Shown here piece by piece: positions 23,675-32,629 of a DNA stretch of 61,596 nucleotides; positions within the stretch are counted from its first letter, which is position 1; each line of letters starts with the position of its first letter. The stretch lies in the IMG/VR virus record IMGVR_UViG_3300009111_000003; one strand, given 5' to 3'. Made by a program: the position numbers and the translations under genes. The notes below the pieces were generated by a model, which saw nothing but the letters and a program-made list of their open reading frames with translations, was not told where the DNA came from and did not search any database. The stretch is from a virus.

Positions 23675-25410
23675 ACATAGTGCCGAAGGTGGCACTGACG
23701 GACGACGGGTACTATGTTCTCAAGATACCAAAGCGGTACGAGTCAGGAAAGCGGGAGTTGAGAAGAGAATTCCCAAACGCGGTGTACGACGAAGAGGCGG
23801 GTGGGTTCATCCTTTATGCCGACACAGATGCCACAATCGCTATCAAGCGTAAGTTGCCGAAGGCAAGGTGGGAGACTCGTAAGGTCGGCATACTCAGGAG
23901 GAACCAGCACAAGCGGTTCACGGAGGAGCAAGTGAAGCCGAGTCCGGAGGGTCAGGACAAGAAGGTCAAGAACGGGCTGTACCGATTTCAGGTCACAGGC
24001 GTTGACTTCCTCGTTGCTCACGAGACCGCGCTTCTTGCAGACGACATGGGTCTTGGGAAAACTATCCAGTCCGTCGTTGCTGCTCAACGAGTGGCATCAA
24101 ACGGCAGGAAACTCGTCATTGTCCCTAACACGCTCGTGGAAAACTGGCTGGACGAGATTGAGGCGTGGACACCTGATGATGGTCAAGCGATATACTCCAT
24201 CGGTGGTGGCACACCCAAGTCCAAGAGACTCGATATCATCGAGCAGGTTGCCAACGACGATGCCTGCTGGTTCGTTGTGTCGTGGGAAGTCATGCGCCTG
24301 CATGCTACTCCACAAAACAAGTCCAAGATGCAGACCGACCAAGCACTCATGGGAATCCCGTTCGCTGTTGTGATTGCTGACGAGGCGCACAGGATGAAGA
24401 ACCGCAAATCCGTACAGGCGCAGGCAATCAAGCGAATCCCTGCTGGTCGGAAGTACGCGCTCACTGGTACTCCCGTGATGAACCGCCCCGACGAACTGTG
24501 GTCAATGCTCAACTGGATGGAACCGAAGAACTTCCGTTCATACTGGGACTTCTTCGAGAACTACGTTGACTACTACGACGGGTACTTTGGAAAAATCATC
24601 AAGGGGTCAAAGAACGTAGACCAACTCGCACGGCTTCTCAGTACACGCATGCTGCGTCGTACAAAGCCCGAAGTGTTCAGGGAACTGCCTGACAAGACAT
24701 ACAAGACCATCTATGTCCCTCTTAGCAAGGCACAGCAGAAGGCGTATGACGAACTCGCTGAGTTCCTCATCACTCAACTCCAAGACGGCGAGATTGTCAC
24801 GGCTGCTGCCGTCCTTGCCAAGATTACACGGCTCAAGCAGATATGCGTGAGCCTCGGTCTGCTCAGTGATGGTGTGTCAGACTCTGCAAAGATCGACGCA
24901 CTCATGGAACTGATGGACGACACGGGTGGGAAGGTTGTCGTGTTCAGCCAGTTCGCTAAGGCAATCGGTCTGGTGCATGAGCGTCTGAAGAAGGCGAAGG
25001 TTCCACACGTCGTTATGACGGGGAAGGCAGCACTCACATGGGACGGAGAGTCGGCTCGTGTGACTCGTGGAGAACTGGTCAAGGCGTTCCAGAAGCAAAA
25101 GAAGTACCGAGTGTTCCTTGGCACGACGCAAGCGGGAGGCGTGGGTATCACTCTGACAGCAGCCAACACTGTTGTCTTCCTTGACAAGATGTGGACACCC
25201 GCTGACCAAGTGCAGGCGGAAGACAGGCTGCATCGTATCGGGCAGAAGGACAATGTGTACGTTGTGAATCTGCTGACGAGAGGCACTGTCGAGGAGCACA
25301 TTGAGCGCACTCTGAACCGCAAACAGAGCATGATTCAGGAGATAATGGACAAGGCGACTAGGACATCTGATGTTCATGGAATGGCTAGTCTCCTTCGGCG
25401 TACTGCTTGA
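23671..25410 (+). CDS. SNF2-family helicase/translocase
   Basis: Motifs LADDMGLGKT and VIADEAHRMKN, plus a C-terminal helicase domain with QAEDRLHRIGQ. Confidence 0.9.
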   Translation: MNIVPKVALTDDGYYVLKIPKRYESGKRELRREFPNAVYDEEAGGFILYADTDATIAIKRKLPKARWETRKVGILRRNQHKRFTEEQVKPSPEGQDKKVKNGLYRFQVTGVDFLVAHETALLADDMGLGKTIQSVVAAQRVASNGRKLVIVPNTLVENWLDEIEAWTPDDGQAIYSIGGGTPKSKRLDIIEQVANDDACWFVVSWEVMRLHATPQNKSKMQTDQALMGIPFAVVIADEAHRMKNRKSVQAQAIKRIPAGRKYALTGTPVMNRPDELWSMLNWMEPKNFRSYWDFFENYVDYYDGYFGKIIKGSKNVDQLARLLSTRMLRRTKPEVFRELPDKTYKTIYVPLSKAQQKAYDELAEFLITQLQDGEIVTAAAVLAKITRLKQICVSLGLLSDGVSDSAKIDALMELMDDTGGKVVVFSQFAKAIGLVHERLKKAKVPHVVMTGKAALTWDGESARVTRGELVKAFQKQKKYRVFLGTTQAGGVGITLTAANTVVFLDKMWTPADQVQAEDRLHRIGQKDNVYVVNLLTRGTVEEHIERTLNRKQSMIQEIMDKATRTSDVHGMASLLRRTA

Positions 25411-25452
25411 CAAAGAGTTTCTGTTGTGCTATGCTGACCGTGGCTGGCAACC
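25407..25452 (+). promoter_or_regulatory. Promoter cassette with box variant GGCTGGCAACC
   Basis: TTGACA 25407, TATGCT 25430, box 25442-25452. Confidence 0.7.
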
Positions 25453-25596
25453 CATTAGAGTTCCGGGTAAAGCGGGGTTACGCTCCCTGCCTCCGAGGTT
25501 GCCTGCCGCACGAGGTTGAGCGACCCGCTTTAGGGAAAGTGGGTCGGAGTGGAGCCACCCTTCCTCCGACCCCCTTCCCGACCATTTGGAGGGGAC
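25453..25596 (+). promoter_or_regulatory. Structured 5' leader containing the exact complement of the consensus leader box
   Basis: ggttgcctgcc at 25497-25507 is the reverse complement of ggcaggcaacc. There is a helix taaagcggg (25468) / cccgcttta (25524) and a hairpin gggtcggag/ctccgaccc (25541-25572). Confidence 0.5.
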
Positions 25597-26538
25597 ATGG
25601 CAGGCAAGCCCGAAATCCATACTACCGAACTCAAGACGTTCAAGCGTTGTCGTCGCAAGTGGGCTATCGGAGAACTCGCAGCCCTACAGCCACAAAAGCG
25701 GAACATGAATTTCCTCTTGGGCACTGCTGTTCACTCCGCACTAGAAGAGTGGAGTGCAACTGGCGACGAGGAAGCCATGCTAGATGCCTTTCTCGTCGCT
25801 GTGGACAACGACACAAGAGATCTCAGAGAGCAGACTCCGTGGTTATACGCGGAACAGGAAGCGGATATCATCGAGGCTGTGGAACTGGGACGTGAGATGG
25901 TGACGGGATACATCAAGCACTGGTATCCCGAGACGTTCACAGTGCTACGAGCAGGCGGCAAGCCACTTCTCGAGGTGGCTTTTTCTATGCCGATCCTCAC
26001 GCCTGACGGCAAGCCCACGGGATACACCTACGCTGGAAAGATGGACGGCGTGGTGAAGGACGAGTACGGCATCTGGATACTCGAGCGCAAGACCACCAGC
26101 AACACGAACGCTGAGTACCTACGACTCGACGACCAGAACGTGATGTACCTCGCCTATGCCCAGAAGATGTGGCCGAAGATTGTACCGCATCTCCGTGGTG
26201 TCTACTACGACTTCCTTCGCAAGCAGCGTCCTGGTCCGAGAGTCAAGTCACCACTGTTCTTCCGAGAGCGTGTGTACCGCAACCAGCACGAGATCGACTA
26301 CGCCATGGAGCACGTCTACTACGTCGTGCAGGATATGATTCGAGTGGCAAAGGATCCAGACAACCTTGCGTATCCCAGTCCTACGAAGGACTGTTCATGG
26401 GACTGTCCGTACAAGCAACTCTGCAAGGCAATGAATGACGGAACTGATGTTGACACGATTGTTGAGGCAGGGTTTGTCATCCTGTCAGAAGGTCGCAACG
26501 GTTGGGTCAGTGATTGGTTCCCGAAGGGGCGCGTCTGA
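25597..26538 (+). CDS. PD-(D/E)XK nuclease, Cas4/RecB-like, with an Fe-S cysteine cluster
   Basis: ATG 25597 follows SD ggagggg. It carries an ILERKTT (ExK) motif, an N-terminal Cys (KRCRRKW) and C-terminal CSWDCPYKQLC. Confidence 0.8.
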   Translation: MAGKPEIHTTELKTFKRCRRKWAIGELAALQPQKRNMNFLLGTAVHSALEEWSATGDEEAMLDAFLVAVDNDTRDLREQTPWLYAEQEADIIEAVELGREMVTGYIKHWYPETFTVLRAGGKPLLEVAFSMPILTPDGKPTGYTYAGKMDGVVKDEYGIWILERKTTSNTNAEYLRLDDQNVMYLAYAQKMWPKIVPHLRGVYYDFLRKQRPGPRVKSPLFFRERVYRNQHEIDYAMEHVYYVVQDMIRVAKDPDNLAYPSPTKDCSWDCPYKQLCKAMNDGTDVDTIVEAGFVILSEGRNGWVSDWFPKGRV

Positions 26539-26747
26539 TGCCCGTAGGTCTTCGCACAGCGAGGGCGAAGAAGCACATTGACGCACTGCGCCAGTCGGTA
26601 GCAGACGCATACGCCAATGGAAAGATAGCGGAGTGCAGAATGAAGATTCTGCTAGGGTTACTCAACTCGTTTGAGAGGGAGGCATTCCTTCCATGGAGGC
26701 GGGTTGAGGAAGAGATGAACGCTGAGCGTGAGTACGAAAAAAGTTGA
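26538..26747 (+). CDS. Hypothetical protein (69 aa)
   Basis: ATG 26538 overlaps the nuclease stop (TGATG). Confidence 0.5.
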   Translation: MPVGLRTARAKKHIDALRQSVADAYANGKIAECRMKILLGLLNSFEREAFLPWRRVEEEMNAEREYEKS

Positions 26748-26792
26748 CACGGAACGGCGGCAGTGCTACGCTTTGATTGTGGCAGGCAAACC
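26744..26792 (+). promoter_or_regulatory. Promoter cassette with GGCAGGCAAACC box
   Basis: TTGACA 26744, TACGCT 26767, box 26781-26792. Confidence 0.7.
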
Positions 26793-26806
26793 ACTTGGAG
26801 GCGACA

Positions 26807-27550
26807 ATGGCTCTGGATATCAAGAGTGCTAAGAACATCAGCCAAGACGCTCGACTCAAGATGCTGGTCTATGGCGATTCAGGGGTTGGGAAGACCGTTT
26901 TCGCAAGCGGTTTCCCCAAGCCCTTTGTCATTGCCAGCGAGGAAGGGTTGCTGAGCGTTGCAGGGCAGGACGTGGATTACGTCAGCATCACGAGTTGGGC
27001 GCAGTTGGAAGAGATCTACCTGCACCTGCTCAAGACCGAGTCCAAGAAGACATACCAGTCCGTAGTCGTGGACTCATTCACCACACTCCAGCAACTTGCT
27101 CTCGCCTATGTGCTGGAGCAGAATGGCAGGCAGTTCCCCGAGCAGCGCGACTGGGGTATGCTGCTCGAACTCATGCGTCGCTTCATGCGGCAGATGGCTG
27201 ACCTGCCGTACCATATCGTATTCATCTGCCTCTCGGGTACAGAGAAGGACGACCTCACGGGCATCGTGCGTGAGAAGCCTTCTATCGTTGGTCGCATGGC
27301 GGCGGAGGCACCCGCCTATGTGGATGTCGTTATGCACTTGACCGTGGAGATGAACCGGAAAGGGGGCGAGGTATCGGTCACGCGTTTTGGGATCTTCCAG
27401 CCGAGCAGTAGGGCAGTCGCTAAGGATAGGAGCGGTAGACTCCCAACCGTGATGAAAGAGCCAACGGCTTCCAAGGTCATTGCGAAGGTTCGCGGTGACG
27501 TTGTGGAGAAGCCACCCGTTCGTCGTCGTAGAAGCACCACTACCAAGTAG
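26807..27550 (+). CDS. Sak4-like RecA-fold ATPase (AAA_24-type)
   Basis: Walker A motif in LVYGDSGVGKT. It sits next to SSB-like and nuclease genes. Confidence 0.75.
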   Translation: MALDIKSAKNISQDARLKMLVYGDSGVGKTVFASGFPKPFVIASEEGLLSVAGQDVDYVSITSWAQLEEIYLHLLKTESKKTYQSVVVDSFTTLQQLALAYVLEQNGRQFPEQRDWGMLLELMRRFMRQMADLPYHIVFICLSGTEKDDLTGIVREKPSIVGRMAAEAPAYVDVVMHLTVEMNRKGGEVSVTRFGIFQPSSRAVAKDRSGRLPTVMKEPTASKVIAKVRGDVVEKPPVRRRRSTTTK

Positions 27551-27561
27551 GGAGGAAGTAC

Positions 27562-28278
27562 ATGGCAGCACCAAAACTTCCGAAGCGTCTCTCGCTAAGT
27601 GACGTTGAGTCCAGCAGCGAGCGAGTGATGCCCGGAACCTACCACGCTCGTGTGTCAGAGATGGAGCCGAAACTCAACAAGGCAGGCGACGGCTACTACT
27701 TCAACGCCGATCTCGTTATCATCAGCGAGGGTCCTGCCAAGAACCGCCACGTCTGGGAGATCCTTCCCCTCAAGCAAGCCGCCCTCTGGAAACTCAAGGG
27801 CTTCCTCGTTGCATGCGGCGTAGACCCTGACGCCGACATTGACACCGAGGAGATCCCGGAGTTGTGCAAGGGCGAGGTCGTCGACATCGTCGTTGGCGAA
27901 GAGGAGTACAACGGCGAGATGCGCCCCATCATCCGTCGGGTCAAGCCGTCCACCATGCCCACCCTCGAAGACCTCGCCGATGAGGAAGAGGAAGAAGCAG
28001 AGGACGAGGACGAGGACGAGGCTGAGGAGGGCGAGTGGGATCTCGAGTCCCTCAGTGACCTGTCCCTCAAGGAACTCCGTGAGGTTGCCAAGGAAGCGGA
28101 GGTCTACGAGAAGGGCATGAGCAAGGACGACCTCATTGCCGCGATTCTGGGTGAGGACGAGGACGAAGAGGACGAGGATGAGGACGACGAAGAGGATGAG
28201 GACGAGGATCCTTTCGCCGATGACGAGGATGAGGAAGAGGAGCCTGCGCCCAAGAAGCGCAAGGTGGCTCGCAAGTAA
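27562..28278 (+). CDS. SSB-like protein candidate with a Rho-N/SAP-like motif and poly-acidic tail
   Basis: Its position after the Sak4-like gene fits this call. It carries LSLKELREVAKEAEVYEKGMSKDDLIAAILG and long D/E runs. Confidence 0.5.
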   Translation: MAAPKLPKRLSLSDVESSSERVMPGTYHARVSEMEPKLNKAGDGYYFNADLVIISEGPAKNRHVWEILPLKQAALWKLKGFLVACGVDPDADIDTEEIPELCKGEVVDIVVGEEEYNGEMRPIIRRVKPSTMPTLEDLADEEEEEAEDEDEDEAEEGEWDLESLSDLSLKELREVAKEAEVYEKGMSKDDLIAAILGEDEDEEDEDEDDEEDEDEDPFADDEDEEEEPAPKKRKVARK

Positions 28279-28349
28279 TCTCATCTGAACGTGCAGGGTG
28301 GGCAGATTCACCTGTCCACCCTGTACCTCATTCTCGAAAGGAACTCCAG

Positions 28350-31145
28350 TTGAAGCCCGAACGTATCAGGGAGTTCTATGAGCGGGAAATGGGGGTGAAA
28401 CTCCCCGCCCCCAATGCGGTTGGCGAAGTGTCCGTACCGTGCCCGTTCCATAGTGACACGAAGCCGTCAATGTCGGTCAATGTTGACAGCGGCATGTGGA
28501 AGTGTTTCACATGCGATATTGGCGGTAGTGTGTATGACTTCTATATGGAATCGCATGGGGTGGATTTCACCACTGCGAAGTCAGCAGTGGACAAGGGTGA
28601 TTTCCTACCCACCATATCAGACGAACTCGTTGAGGAATGGCACGAGGCACTTCTTGATACGCCTCGCATCCTCAACTGGCTTGAGAAGAATCGTGGCATC
28701 ACGGTCAAGACCGTGACCAAGTATCAACTCGGCTGGGACGGCGAGCGTATCACCATTCCGATACGAGACATCGCTAGTAGAGTGGTGAACGTCAGGCGGT
28801 ACAAGCCGAACTCTGGCACTGGAAACAAGGTCGTATCCTATGGCGCAGGGTACGGCTCTGCTCGTTTATTCCCGATGAACAACCTAGACAAGAAGAGTAT
28901 CGTCATACTAGAGGGTGAGATGGACACTCTGCTAGGTGACGAACTCGGGTTGCCCGTGGTGACTTCCACGGGTGGTGCAGGCACATGGAAACAATCGTGG
29001 AACAAGTGGTTTGCTGGCAAGAACGTGTTCATCGTCTACGACATAGACGAGACGGGCAAGAAGGGTGCGCTCAAGATAGCGCGTCAGTTGTCGAAGGTTG
29101 CCAAGACTCTCAAGGTGGTAGAACTCCCAATCAGCACACCTGAGAACGGTGACTTCACCGACTACATTCTTGGGCATGGCAACACGCAGATGGACTTCAA
29201 GGTTTTGTTGAAAGGGACGCCGAAATTTGGCGCGGAGAGAAAAATTGCCAGTAGCGTTGACGAGGCACCTATCGAACTCCATCTGAGCCAAGCGTCACAT
29301 GAGGAATACTTCAACAGGCATATCGGGATGAACGTGATTGTGGCGGGGAAAGACCTAGCACCATTCCTCGTACCACGCAGGATAGCGTTCACCTGCTCGA
29401 TGGACAACGGAAAGCGATGTCAAATCTGTGCGCTGATGGGGTCAATGGGTTCGTTCAATCTTGAGATAGACTCGCTCGACCCCATACTCCTGGAGTTGAT
29501 TGACTGTCCATCTGGCACGCAAAAGGGAATCCTCAAGCAACTCTCTGGCATACACAATGATTGCAAGATCTTCGAGTACGAGATAACTGATGCGTACAAC
29601 ATCGAAGAAGTGTACATCATGCCAGAGATAGATTTCTCAAGCGTTGATACGGAGTACGTTATCAGGCGAGCGTTCTACGTTGGTCACGGCATACGGACAA
29701 ATCAGTCGTACTACATGACTGGTATCACCGTGCCCGAACCGCACCGCCAGTACGCAACGCATCTGATAAACTCCGCAGTGCCAGTGAAGGACGACGTTTC
29801 CACCTTTGAGGTCACTGAAGAAGTCCGCAGTTTACTAGAGGTCTTCCATCCTGATGCTGGTCAGACGGTGTCTGACAAGATGGACGAGATTGCGGGGGAC
29901 TTCACCTACAACGTCACGCACATCTACGGGCGCGAAGACCTCATAACAGCGATTGACCTTGTGTATCATAGTGTCATCGCCTTCGACTTCCAGAGCAAGC
30001 GTATCACTAAGGGTTGGAACGAACTGTGCGTGGTCGGTGACACGCGTACCGGAAAGTCTGAAACGATGCTGATGCTTATGCAGCACTACCGCATGGGCGA
30101 ATTCATCACGGGTGAGAACACTTCGTTTGCTGGTCTGGTCGGTGGCATGCAGCAGAATCAAAAGAGGTGGAGTATCACATGGGGCAAGATTCCGCTGAGC
30201 GACAGACGGCTGGTGGCGATAGACGAGTGTGGTGCTTTGCCGGAAGAGACTATCCAACGGATGTCAGGTATCAGGTCTTCTGGTGTAGCGGAGATTACCA
30301 AGATACAGACGGAGAAGACTCACGCACGAACCCGCCTGATATTCATGGGGAATCCTCGCAATGGCAAGAGCCTATCGTCATACGCTTTCGGGGTGAACGC
30401 CTTGAGGGAGTTGATTGGTGCTCCCGAAGACATTGCCCGTTTCGATTTAGCGGTAGCATGCTCGAGCAGTGACGTTCCAATCAACATCATCAACGCGGAG
30501 TTCGACTCGCACAATAGGGTTGCACACACATACAATGGCGAAGCGTGTACGATGCTAATTCGGTGGGTATGGTCACGCAAGCCCGAGCAGGTCACATTCT
30601 CTAGGGGCGTAGAGGCTGAGATACTTCGACTGGCAACTGAGCAGGGCAAGGTCTACTCCAATCGTGTACCGTTGATTGAGGCAGCGAACCAGCGTATCAA
30701 GATCGCGAAACTTGCGGTGGCGGTAGCGGCTCGTCTACATAGCACTGACAAGACGGGCGAACTCATCGTGGTGAAGAAGGAGCATGTCTCCTTTGTTGGT
30801 GAGTTCCTCGATAGACTGTACAAGAGCAAGACTCTCGGGTATCACGAGTTCTCACGTCAACAGATACAGAACGTCAGTATTGCCGACGAGCATCGTGACG
30901 CAGTGTACAAGATGATGAAGGCAGAACCAGAACTTGCCAACATCTTCCTGACCTACTCACATGTACGCATCGTGGACATTATCGACATGCTTGACTGTGA
31001 GCGTGAGGAAGCGAAGCACTACTTGAAGGAACTTGTAAAGTCCAAGATGCTGTTCAAGACGCAGAACGGATTTATGAAGTCTCCTGCGTTCACCGAGATA
31101 CTCCGTGAGATACAGTCTGAGATGATTGGAGAGAACGATGACTGA
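28350..31145 (+). CDS. DnaG-type primase (zf-CHC2 + Toprim) fused to an MCM-like AAA+ helicase
   Basis: Primase motifs are CPFHSDTKPS...CFTC, ILEGEMD and VYDIDETG. MCM-like motifs are VVGDTRTGKSE (MCM Walker A GDPGxxKS), LVAIDECG, IFMGNPRNGK (AAANPxxGRY) and ARFDL (SRFDL). The start could instead be ATG 28383. Confidence 0.8.
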   Translation: MKPERIREFYEREMGVKLPAPNAVGEVSVPCPFHSDTKPSMSVNVDSGMWKCFTCDIGGSVYDFYMESHGVDFTTAKSAVDKGDFLPTISDELVEEWHEALLDTPRILNWLEKNRGITVKTVTKYQLGWDGERITIPIRDIASRVVNVRRYKPNSGTGNKVVSYGAGYGSARLFPMNNLDKKSIVILEGEMDTLLGDELGLPVVTSTGGAGTWKQSWNKWFAGKNVFIVYDIDETGKKGALKIARQLSKVAKTLKVVELPISTPENGDFTDYILGHGNTQMDFKVLLKGTPKFGAERKIASSVDEAPIELHLSQASHEEYFNRHIGMNVIVAGKDLAPFLVPRRIAFTCSMDNGKRCQICALMGSMGSFNLEIDSLDPILLELIDCPSGTQKGILKQLSGIHNDCKIFEYEITDAYNIEEVYIMPEIDFSSVDTEYVIRRAFYVGHGIRTNQSYYMTGITVPEPHRQYATHLINSAVPVKDDVSTFEVTEEVRSLLEVFHPDAGQTVSDKMDEIAGDFTYNVTHIYGREDLITAIDLVYHSVIAFDFQSKRITKGWNELCVVGDTRTGKSETMLMLMQHYRMGEFITGENTSFAGLVGGMQQNQKRWSITWGKIPLSDRRLVAIDECGALPEETIQRMSGIRSSGVAEITKIQTEKTHARTRLIFMGNPRNGKSLSSYAFGVNALRELIGAPEDIARFDLAVACSSSDVPINIINAEFDSHNRVAHTYNGEACTMLIRWVWSRKPEQVTFSRGVEAEILRLATEQGKVYSNRVPLIEAANQRIKIAKLAVAVAARLHSTDKTGELIVVKKEHVSFVGEFLDRLYKSKTLGYHEFSRQQIQNVSIADEHRDAVYKMMKAEPELANIFLTYSHVRIVDIIDMLDCEREEAKHYLKELVKSKMLFKTQNGFMKSPAFTEILREIQSEMIGENDD

Positions 31146-31419
31146 GGAAGACGTTCGCTGGTCTCCGTGGCAGGTGGTGCAGGCGAGTGACCCGCAGATA
31201 CTCATTCGTGAGTCTCGCCCTCGCATCAAGCCAGCCGCGCAGTGTCCCAAGTACGACAGGGTGTATCGCCCAATGAAGGTTGACTACGAAGGGGCGTGCA
31301 AGAACTACGACTACACCGACAGACGATGTGTGTATTGCACCGCTCACATGATGAGCCTGCGATACCACAACATTCCGATAGACGTCCGTGTCCAATGCGA
31401 CAACATCATGGGGTGGTGA
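31138..31419 (+). CDS. Hypothetical Cys-containing protein (93 aa)
   Basis: ATG 31138 overlaps the primase-helicase end. Confidence 0.5.
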   Translation: MTEEDVRWSPWQVVQASDPQILIRESRPRIKPAAQCPKYDRVYRPMKVDYEGACKNYDYTDRRCVYCTAHMMSLRYHNIPIDVRVQCDNIMGW

Positions 31420-31423
31420 GAAG

Positions 31424-31582
31424 ATGAGGTCATTTCTGGTTGCCCTGCTGTGTGCAGTGCCAACGGGATTCCTGCTGGCAGATTACATTCTGTACCACGA
31501 AATCAAGTGGTGGCTGTTCCTGATATGGATAGTTATCATGTCGTTCGGGATCGCCGTCACGCTATCCGAGGACAAGAAGTGA
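31424..31582 (+). CDS. Small membrane protein (52 aa)
   Basis: Two hydrophobic segments. SD ggggtggtgag. Confidence 0.5.
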   Translation: MRSFLVALLCAVPTGFLLADYILYHEIKWWLFLIWIVIMSFGIAVTLSEDKK

Positions 31583-32448
31583 ACAAATTCGTAATCATAG
31601 GTTCTGGCATGGCAGGTCTGCTCGCTCGTAAGGCGGTGGCAGACTCAGTGCCAGACGCAAGGGTGTCCATCGTGACTACCACTGTACCCCGAGAGTTGTC
31701 ATGGAGGAGTGTGAACGGCATACACGTTCTTCACGACAACTGTGGTCTACCCCTTGACGAGATGCTGGTTACGAACTTGGTTGTACTGCCGATGATTGAC
31801 AAGCCCCAGATGCTCGCATCACTCAGCGGGTGGGAGCGCAAGATGGCGAATGGCACCTATGGACAGAAGGTGTACGGGAGTCGTAAGGCAACGACCAGCA
31901 TCACTCGCATGCCCGGAGTCATCGAGGGCTACGACTATGTGCAGGCATACAACCAACTCTTGAGGGAGTTTAGCGACGAAATCAAAGTGACCAAGCCAGT
32001 CTACGAGGACTACTTCCACAAACTGGCTGACACGAATACATTCGTCATACTTGCAATCCCTCGCTACCACGTTACTCCGAAGTGGGTGAGTCACCCGTTC
32101 TCAATCGTGTTCTTCGCACCTGCCCCGCCTATAGGGTTCGAAGACCCAGAGATGGGTGGCGACAACTTCGTTGTGTACAACGCTGACCCCGCAGAGATCT
32201 GGTCTCGCACGTCTAGGGTGATGATGGGTGGTGTGGAGAACTGGACTACAGAGTACTCCAAAGCCCCTCAGTATCCTGTGCCAGGACTTCGGCAGGTTGA
32301 GAAAGTCATTGACGGTGACGAGTTCGCCCTGCCTGAGAACGTGATACCAGTCGGTCGGTATGGCAAGTGGCGTTCGGGAGTGCTGGCGCACGACGCCTAC
32401 TGGACAGTCATTGAGGAGATGAGGATTCGTGGGCTGGCTTCTGTGTAA
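31579..32448 (+). CDS. FAD/NAD(P)-binding oxidoreductase-like protein (289 aa)
   Basis: GTG 31579 overlaps the upstream stop (GTGA). It has the N-terminal dinucleotide-binding motif IIGSGMAGL and a C-terminal GRYGKWRSGVLAHDAY, resembling flavin amine-oxidase or UDP-galactopyranose-mutase-type ends. Confidence 0.6.
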   Translation: MNKFVIIGSGMAGLLARKAVADSVPDARVSIVTTTVPRELSWRSVNGIHVLHDNCGLPLDEMLVTNLVVLPMIDKPQMLASLSGWERKMANGTYGQKVYGSRKATTSITRMPGVIEGYDYVQAYNQLLREFSDEIKVTKPVYEDYFHKLADTNTFVILAIPRYHVTPKWVSHPFSIVFFAPAPPIGFEDPEMGGDNFVVYNADPAEIWSRTSRVMMGGVENWTTEYSKAPQYPVPGLRQVEKVIDGDEFALPENVIPVGRYGKWRSGVLAHDAYWTVIEEMRIRGLASV

Positions 32449-32629
32449 ACTCCACTGGCATAGGTGGCAGTATGGAGTTGACTACATCAGGGCAGAGGAC
32501 GGAGTCATCGTATATATCATGCGCCTATGCGCTCGCTGTGGACGACTCGAGGAAGTTCCCAGCATCAAGACCGTGAAAGGAGGATTCGTCCGTGGACAAG
32601 TGGGAGGAGATGTATTCTCGCCAAAATGA
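32429..32629 (+). CDS. Hypothetical protein (66 aa)
   Basis: ORF track. It overlaps both neighbours. Confidence 0.4.
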   Translation: MGWLLCKLHWHRWQYGVDYIRAEDGVIVYIMRLCARCGRLEEVPSIKTVKGGFVRGQVGGDVFSPK

